Shown here: piece after piece, positions 20,075 through 28,121 of the stretch
How positions within the stretch are numbered: position 1 is the stretch's first letter
How the letters are laid out: each line of letters opens with the position of its first letter
NCBI RefSeq assembly: GCF_006345805.1
Contig: NW_021827492.1
Coordinates: 1-28,121 of the forward strand
Direction: 5' to 3'
DNA: 28,121 nucleotides
DNA from: Octopus sinensis
Lineage: Eukaryota
The notes under the pieces: generated by a model
Database searches by the model: none
The model's input: only the letters and a program-made list of their open reading frames with translations
What the model was told of the DNA's origin: nothing
Made by a program: the position numbers and the translations under genes

Positions 20075-20570
20075 AACCACCACCACCACCATCACCACTA
20101 GAAGAACAACAACCTCTACTTCTACATCAACCACCACCACCACCACCACTAGAAGAACAACAACCTCTACTTCTACATCAACCACCACCACCACCACCAC
20201 CACCACCACTAGAAGAACAACAACCTCTACTGCTACATCAACCACCACAACCACCACCACCACTAGAAGAACAACAACCTCTACTGCTACATCAACCACC
20301 ATCACCACCACTAGAAGAACAACAACCTCTACTGCTACATCAACCACCACCTCCACCACTACCACCACCACTACCACCACCACCACCACCACTAGAAGAA
20401 CAACAACCTCTACTGCTACATCAACCACCACCACCACCACCACCACTAGAAGAACAACAACCTCTACTGCTACATCAACCACCACCACCACCACCACCAC
20501 CCACCACCACCACCACCACCACTAGAAGAACAACAGCCTCTACTGCTACATCAACTACCACCACCACCAC
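20075..20570. repeat. Tandem array of 8 units: constant ACTAGAAGAACAACAACCTCTACTKCTACATCA core separated by variable (ACC)n
   Basis: Core starts at 20097, 20148, 20208, 20262, 20310, 20391, 20445 and 20521. Confidence 0.95.
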
Positions 20571-21180
20571 CACCACCATTACCATCACCATCATCATCAT
20601 CATCATCGCAACATTCACAACAACCATCACAGTGAGTACCACCTCTCCTATCAGAACCATCACAACCAACATGATTTGCACCACCACCACTAACCACCAC
20701 CACCACCACCGCCCCACCACCACTACCACCATCACCCCCCATCAAAACCATCATCATCATCACCACCTTCATTACAACCATCACCATTACAAGAACCAAA
20801 AGGAAAAGATCAAGCATTTGATCAACCACATGAACATCACCACTCACTACATCCCAAACTACAACGTCCTTCTCACTCCTCCCCAACCCTTCTCTCTGTC
20901 TCTCCTTTTACAGAATACTCAGTGATATTAGAAACAACAACGATAGCAACAATAATACCAAACACACCGTCAGCATTGTGGCTAACAACTGCAATAACAT
21001 CAACTTTGAGACCACTAACTGCACTAGTGCCAATACTGCAAACACTACCACTACTACTACTATTGCAGACAATTACAATAAACCAACACCACTGCCAAAT
21101 CTAGCACCAACACCACTTTTACTATATCCAACACTACCACAAGCAATATCACCATTACTACTACCGCACAACCTATACCT

Positions 21181-21258
21181 ATTTCTTTACTACCCACAAG
21201 AGGCTAAACACAGAGGGGACAAACAAGGACAGACAAACAGGTTGTCTATTACATCGAT
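21181..21258 (-). mobile_element. 3' fragment of the Meta-like SINE family
   Basis: TTTCTTTACTACCCACAAGAGGCTAAACACAGAGGGGACAAACAAGGACAGACAAAC matches 11523-11580. Confidence 0.85.
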
Positions 21259-21334
21259 CTCAGGAATAGAAAAAGCATCCAACTGAAGGAAATGGCAATG
21301 GCAGCGATGGTGGTGGTAGTGGTGATGGTTGGTT

Positions 21335-21788
21335 CTCTCTCTCTATCCACTCAGCCGAAGTCCACTCTCGGTCACTCGTTGGATCAGTGTCCTGCAGTCA
21401 GTTCTATCCTGGGCCGCTTCCTTCAGACTGGCCATGTCCATTCTGGTATCACTCCTGATGGTGTCAAGCCAGCGGGTTCTTGGTCAGCTTCTTCCTCTCT
21501 TGCCACTGACCATTCTGAGCATGATGTCCTTCTCTAGGGATTCTCTCTGCATAATATGACCAAAATATGCCAATCTACGCTTGGTGATCCCAGCTTCTAG
21601 CAACATTTTCGGCCTGATCTGCTTAAGAACTTCTCCATTGGTGAGTCTCGCTGTCCATGGAATCTGTAAAAGTCTTCTCCAGCACCAAAGCTCGAATGCA
21701 TTAATTCTCTTCTGGTCAGCTTTCTTTAGTGTCCAAGTCTTGCATCCATATGTTGCTATTGGGAAATGGCAACACTGATTGGTTTGAG
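21335..21788 (-). mobile_element. 5'-truncated RTE/BovB-like LINE (family 2): ORF2 C-terminus, (GA)n tail, 11-bp TSD
   Basis: My translation is FPIATYGCKTWTLKKADQKRINAFELWCWRRLLQIPWTARLTNGEVLKQI..LAYFGHIMQRESLEKDIML..GKRGRS*PRTRWLDTI..RVTESGLRLSG* (TAG at 21345-43; internal TGA at 21486-84). TSD GATGGTTGGTT at 21324-34 and 21789-99. Confidence 0.92.
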
Positions 21789-21799
21789 GATGGTTGGTT

Positions 21800-22035
21800 A
21801 GTCCACATTATTCCACAAGCAGCATAGGAGTGGTTTCTCAGTTTCTCAGACATTTCTATTCCGCTCTGGACAGGATGCTGGTCTGTTACAGAATTTTTTA
21901 CCAGCTGAGTGGACAAGAGCAGCATGGAATGAAGTGTCTGGCTCAAGAACACAACACATTGCCCAGTCTAGGAATTGAAATCACAGTCTTACAATCATGA
22001 GTCCAACACTCTAAACACTAGGCCACGTGTCTCCA
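21800..22035 (-). mobile_element. tRNA-derived SINE, decayed (family of 2430-2710)
   Basis: Head GGAGACACGTGGCCTAGTG, B-box-like ATTTCAATTCC (21981-71), body GTTCTTGAGCCAGACAC..GTCCACTCAGCTGG..CAGACCAGCATCCTGTCCAG. Confidence 0.7.
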
Positions 22036-22344
22036 TAATGATTGTGGTGGTTATGGTTAATAGTGATGATGATGATGATGATGGTGGAGGTGGTGGCACT
22101 AATTAATGTTTGTGATAATAGTTAATGATGATGATGGCAGTTGTGGTGGTGATAGTGCATGATGTTGGTACTAGTTGCAATGGTTGTAGTTACCACCACA
22201 ATGGTGGTATTAGTGATGGTGTTGGTGTTTCGTAGTGGTGATAGTGGTACTACTAAGTATTGTAAAGGCGATAGTTGTGGCAATGGTGGCAATGATAGTA
22301 GTCGTAGTAGCAGTTGTGAAGTCAGTGGTAGTAGAAGAGGTGGT

Positions 22345-22665
22345 GTGGTAGTGGTGGTTTTGGTGCTTGTGGTGGTGGTGGTGGTGATGTTTGCTGGCGA
22401 TGGCAGTAGTGGTAACTATTACAAAGGTGGTAGTGGTGGTGATGAAGATGATGACGACGAGGGCGGTGGTGATGAAGACGACGATGATGATGATGATGAT
22501 GGTAGTGGTGGTAGTGGTGTTTTGGTGGTGGTTGTGGTGGTGGTGATGTTTGCTGGCGATGGCAGTAGTGGTAACTATTACAAAGGTGGTAGTGGTGGTG
22601 ATGAAGATGATGACGACGAGGGCGGTGGTGATGAAGACGACGATGATGATGATGATGATAATGAT
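22345..22665. repeat. 159-bp tandem duplication within a GGT/GAT-rich tract
   Basis: ATGTTTGCTGGCGATGGCAGTAGTGGTAACTATTACAAAGG starts at 22387 and 22546. Confidence 0.9.
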
Positions 22666-23849
22666 GATGGTGGTAGTGGTGGTGGCGGCAGTAGTTGTTG
22701 TATTGGTGTTAGTTGTGGAGGTAATTCGGTAACGGCTGGGTGGGGATTGGCAAGTAATGCTACTTTTTCATGTTGTGTTATGCTTGATGGCCTGTCCAGT
22801 CACCTGTATGAAAATAGGCTGTCAGACGGCAGTTTCGACTCCAGTGAAGCGTGACGTTATCATTCTTATGACAAGCTGAATTCTCTCTATCAGAGAGTGT
22901 TCTTTTTGCGCAATGCTGCGGATTCCTTCAGCCACTGCAAAGCCACCCCCACCCCCACCCCCACCACCATCACCACCACCACCACTTCTACCAAGACTAA
23001 CAACAACGATAATAATAATAAAAATAACAAAAACAGTAATACCTACCATAACAGTTAATGCAAACAACATTGGCATCTCCCACCTAAAACCATCAAGACC
23101 ATCACTGCTTCCCCTTCACCATCACCCCTTCCTCCACATCACCCCTTCCCCCACCATCACTCCCCACCAACAACAATAATAAACAACAATACCAACACCA
23201 CCACCACCACTACCACCACCCCTGACATACAATACTATCACATTCTGTACTTAAAGACACCATCATAGCCCCTCCTTATCTACTGCCTCTGCCCACTTCC
23301 ACTACCACCCCTACTACAGCCTCAACAATGTGAATAGCACCACTATAACTTTACCATTTTCATCACCAATAATCACTGCTACTATCACCACTACTGTTAC
23401 ACTATCATACCATCAGCATCAACAAACATGTACCTCTAAACACCACTACTATACCATCAATATTACTAATAGTAACTACTACCATCCCCACTACAGCCAT
23501 GACCACTACCTCTCCTATACTGTCAACTACCACCACCGCCACCACCGCCACCACTTCCACCTTTGCTATGTAATTATCATCACCAGTAATCACTGCCACT
23601 GCCACCATCACTACAGCCACCACGTCTGCTTTATTATCAGCAGTACCAACCACCACCTATGCACTACCACCACAACCTCTATTTCTACTATAACATGAAC
23701 ATCACTACTAATCACCACCGCTCCTACAACCACTACTACTATGTAATCAGTTGTGAGTGAGTACTTGAGTATGTATGCACATAAATGTACTTGTGGATAT
23801 ATCTATCTCCCTATCAATTTAGCAATTAATTTGTATATCTATCTATCTT

Positions 23850-23932
<83 letters not shown>

Positions 23933-23947
23933 ATCTATCTATCTATA

Positions 23948-24350
23948 ACAAATGTAGGATAAAATTTTTTTCAGGAAAAAAATTTTATCAATGGCCAGCA
24001 TATCAAAAAATACCTTTAAAGGTTAAATTTATAAATAATTTACAAGATAAGGGCAAAAGAAAAATTCTAATGCCAAATATGCCGAAAAAAAAGACAAAAA
24101 TTGTCAATAACCATTATATTTTATGCGTCTCGAAACAAACCGATAGAAATTTCTAAAAAATTCGTTATTACCGTATTGGTCCCAATTTCGGGGTTAATTC
24201 ATAAGAATTTTCCCCTCTTCAGCGATAAATATGTGAGATATAAGTGAAATACTTACTCATACCCATGGAAAAAGCAAGTACTAAGTCCTGAGCAGATCTA
24301 AGTAGCCTAAATATATCCAAAATAGAAAATCTTTCGCCCTTATCTTGTAA

Positions 24351-24354
<4 letters not shown>
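23948..24354. mobile_element. Unclassified AT-rich element embedded in (TATC)n, with 25-bp inverted repeats and a 15-bp hairpin
   Basis: TAATTTACAAGATAAGGGCAAAAGA (24036-60) matches the reverse complement of 24330-54 with 1 mismatch. Hairpin GATAAAATTTTTTTC-AG-GAAAAAAATTTTATC at 23958-89. Confidence 0.55.
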
Positions 24355-24432
<78 letters not shown>

Positions 24433-24672
24433 CATCTATCCATCCATCCATAATAAGTACATATATATTATTCTTCTAAATGACTTGAGATACTCGTTCT
24501 GCTTTGGTTTTGATTTTTCCTCTAATATGATATATACATGTTATAATGGAACCCTAACACAGATCCCTAGATCAAGCCTTAGCTGTGATCTTAGAACCTA
24601 ATGGTCAACCAACTATAGCACCTAACCAGTGTACCTATTCCTTAAGGTCACAAGTAAGCTAAAACCCTCATA

Positions 24673-25066
24673 TCTTTATATATAAAAGTCAAGTTGTGTG
24701 TCTGTCTCCTACGATTTAGATTCCTAACTACTCTACTCCCACATTTTGCGGTGCAGTGTAACCAAAAGCGGGTATCTTATAGTCGTGATTCATATCGAGC
24801 CCTTCTGGTATTAGCGCGTGTCTACGATAGTCTACTACGATTTAAAAAAATTTACCATCATTTTTTTTCCATTTTAATGCTTTTTTTTTCGCTATTATAT
24901 AAGGGAAGTAACTCTCTCTAAAAATGTCTACGATTTAAAAAAATTTACCATAATTTTTTTGCCATTTTTAATGCATTTTTTTGCTATTTTTTGGCTATAA
25001 CTCTCTAACAATGCTTATATAGTTATTTCCCTTACAAACCCGAGCAATGCCGGGCGATACTGCTAG
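24673..25066 (+). mobile_element. Non-autonomous Helitron (394 bp)
   Basis: A|TC 5' end (TCTTTATATATAAAAGTC), subterminal hairpin CCCGAGCAATGCCGGG (25039-54), and 3' CTAG|T. No TSD, inserted between A and T. Internal ~93-bp duplication (CTACGATTTAAAAAAATTTACCAT at 24835 and 24928). Confidence 0.85.
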
Positions 25067-25087
25067 TTCTATATATATATATATAAT

Positions 25088-25229
25088 AATTTAAAATGAG
25101 GGTAAGAAATTGGATATTAATTTAATTAAATTTTCACATCAATTTAACACCAATGGGCTAGACCACTGGTGTTAAATTGATGTTAATTTAATTAAATTAA
25201 TATCCAATTTCTCACCCTCATTTTAAATT
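25088..25229. repeat. 142-bp near-perfect loopless palindrome (foldback or MITE-like)
   Basis: Arms of 72 and 70 nt centred on CTAG (25158-61); about 4 substitutions plus a 2-nt indel. Confidence 0.9.
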
Positions 25230-25343
25230 TAAATTTAAATTAATACGCTCTCTAACCAGCAAAAGCCACTGCAGTAAATTATTTTCTGCAGTGTTGTTTT
25301 CCGGTAATTTAGCATGCCAAAACGAAGACTTTTGAAAAATAAC

Positions 25344-25507
25344 AACAGGCTTCATTCAGTTTCCACCTACCAAATCTACTCACAAGGCTTTGGTTGGCCC
25401 AAGGTTATAATAGAAAGCACTTACTCAAGATGCCAAGCAGTGGGACTGAACCTGGAACCATGTGGTTGGGAAGCAAACTACTTACTACACAGCCACTCCT
25501 GCACCTG
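25344..25507 (-). mobile_element. CORE-like SINE head/body
   Basis: Reverse complement of the 14766-14921 segment, including GGGACTGAACC (B box) and ACTACACAGCCA (A box). Confidence 0.8.
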
Positions 25508-26154
25508 TATACACACACACACATACACACACACACACACACACCACACACACACACTCACACAGATATGTTTTTGCATTCATATACATATTCTAGGTGG
25601 TATGTATGTTACATATATATATATTATGTTAGATATATATATATATATATATTAATATATATATTATATATATATATATTATATCATAAACAAGCATATA
25701 TATAATATGTACATGTACATATATATGTGCATATGTACAAATATGCATAATGTGAATGAATGACTGTGTTGTTTATGTGTTATAAAGATCTATGAAGTTT
25801 ATATTTTTTTCTTACATCATTTAGTGTTTTACATTATTTCTAAACTCAGTGATCTTCAGAACTGTACCTTAAACTCAAAGATGACAGACTGATGGTCTGC
25901 TGGGATGACAAGAAAGTCTTGAAGACAACGATTTAGGAACTGAAGAAATTAGACTAGCAAGAATGAGGGGTGTCCAATTTGCTTCAAGCTATGTTTCATT
26001 TAATACATTTTTGTGGGTCTTTTTCTTTTTTTCTTTGGAGGGGATGGTTAGAAGCTGCAGATCTGAGCAGGGGAGTCTTTGGCATTGGAACTTATTCACA
26101 GCTTGCTTTTTGCTTTTTCTTTGTTTGTCAATCTGGTTGCTTCTTCTTTTCTAT

Positions 26155-26720
<566 letters not shown>

Positions 26721-27057
26721 ACCTACATTTCTCTCTCTCGATACATACACACACATACATGTGTATAGATGAATCTTCGTCATATATTTTTTTTCTGTAT
26801 TTACTCCTCCCTTCTTCTCCCCCTATCACTCCCTTTGTCCCTGTCTCCCTATATTTTTGATCACAGAAAGTGTTTTACTTTTAGTTTACATTTAGTTCCT
26901 GGTTGACTTCGTTTCGACTTTTGGTAAACTTTTTACAGGAAATCCACACAGTAATACAATAGAATAACTCTGATCTATATCAAAAGTGTGAGCACGTGTT
27001 TATACACCCACCCACACCACGACCCCCATATATATATATTTATGTTGTATGCACATA

Positions 27058-27095
<38 letters not shown>

Positions 27096-27108
27096 GTATG
27101 TATGTATG

Positions 27109-27171
<63 letters not shown>

Positions 27172-27391
27172 CACATTACAGATATTAAGATATATAGGTA
27201 TATACATGCACATATATATTACTTATATATTTTTATATGCATACATTCACACACAACACACACACCACACACATTAATGTAGACATAGATCCAACTATAG
27301 ATAAGCCTGATATATATGATATATATATGTATGTATCTATGTATTTATATGTATATGTGTTTGTATATATATATATGTGTGTGTTTGAGCG

Positions 27392-27426
<35 letters not shown>

Positions 27427-27627
27427 ATGGGGCCCTTTATACCTTTGTGGGTTTTGATCATTGAAGTTTGTCTAAGCTGGGGTACTACTCAGTATATATT
27501 TAGATCATCTTCTAAAATGCATCTTGGGATTTAAGGTGCATCTAGTTAGTATATATATATATATATATATAATATATATATATGCATAAAACATATATGA
27601 TATATATATATATATAAAAAACAATCA

Positions 27628-27822
27628 AATGGAAATTGTAGTTGTGATACCTGTGCTGGTGGCATGTAAAAAGCACCCACTACACTCATGGAGTGGTCGG
27701 CGTTAGGAAAGGTATCCAGCTGTAGAAACACTGCCAGATCAGACTGGAGCCTGGTGCAGCAACCTGGCTTACCAATCCCGGTCGAACCATCCAAACCATG
27801 CTAGCATGGAAAACGGACATCT
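27628..27822 (+). mobile_element. RTE LINE 3'-UTR-only copy lacking the (GAT)n tail
   Basis: GGCATGTAAAAAGCACCCACTACACTCATGGAGTGGTCGGCGTTAGGAAAGGTATCCAGCTGTAGAAACACTGCCAGATCAGACTGGAGCCTGGTGCAGC...CATGCTAGCATGGAAAACGGAC. Confidence 0.85.
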
Positions 27823-27927
27823 ATGGCACTTATTAAGCATCTATCTATCTATCTATCTACCTATCTATCCCTCTCTCTCTCTCTCTTTGTCTTTGTCTGT
27901 CTGTCTGTCTATCTCTGTCTGTTTGCT

Positions 27928-27959
<32 letters not shown>

Positions 27960-28121
27960 CTCTCTATATATCTATATATTATATATACTTATATATATAT
28001 ATATATCTATAATTATAAAGCATATTTATAATTAGGGTTCAGCAAATTGCTTCACCACATACTCAAATTTAGAAATAGCAGTTAAATACTATTGCATTTA
28101 AAATTGGAATTAAACTGATAA

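Noticed and set aside
20097-20560. CRISPR-like repeat/spacer appearance
   Set aside because: The spacers are (ACC)n, the context is eukaryotic and there are no cas genes.
22159-22854. 231-aa G/D/V-rich ORF
   Set aside because: Made of GGT/GAT trinucleotide tracts and a 159-bp tandem duplication; no recognisable domain or gene context.
24550-24670. Degenerate CCCTAA-like (telomeric) motifs
   Set aside because: Scattered, non-tandem and heavily degenerate; not an interstitial telomeric array.
26895-26945. Hammerhead-like string on the minus strand (CCTGTAAA..AGTCGAAACGAAGTC)
   Set aside because: The first core half does not match CUGANGA, and neither stem I nor stem II pairs properly; at best a very decayed relic.

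Overview
This is an AT-rich, microsatellite-saturated animal genomic window with no confidently identifiable host protein-coding exon. The repeat families and microsatellite load suggest an octopus or other coleoid cephalopod; this is my recollection, not a database result. Nearly all ORFs in the supplied track are translations of simple repeats. The recognisable content is transposon debris. It includes ORF2 fragments of two RTE-clade LINE families plus many 3'-UTR-only copies, and a HERO-like restriction-like endonuclease fragment. There are at least four tRNA-derived SINE families, three copies of which keep target-site duplications. DNA-element remains are a non-autonomous Helitron, a TTAA-flanked piggyBac-type MITE and a 142-bp loopless palindrome. 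Several young tandem arrays are also present. The most notable signal is a set of minimal type I hammerhead-ribozyme motifs. Three copies of a ~160-200 bp (TA)n-anchored element carry a non-canonical CUG-U-M-GA core. A diverged sibling has the canonical CUGACGA half-core but has lost GAAA. An unrelated CUGAUGA/GAAAC/GUC motif has a SINE inserted next to it.
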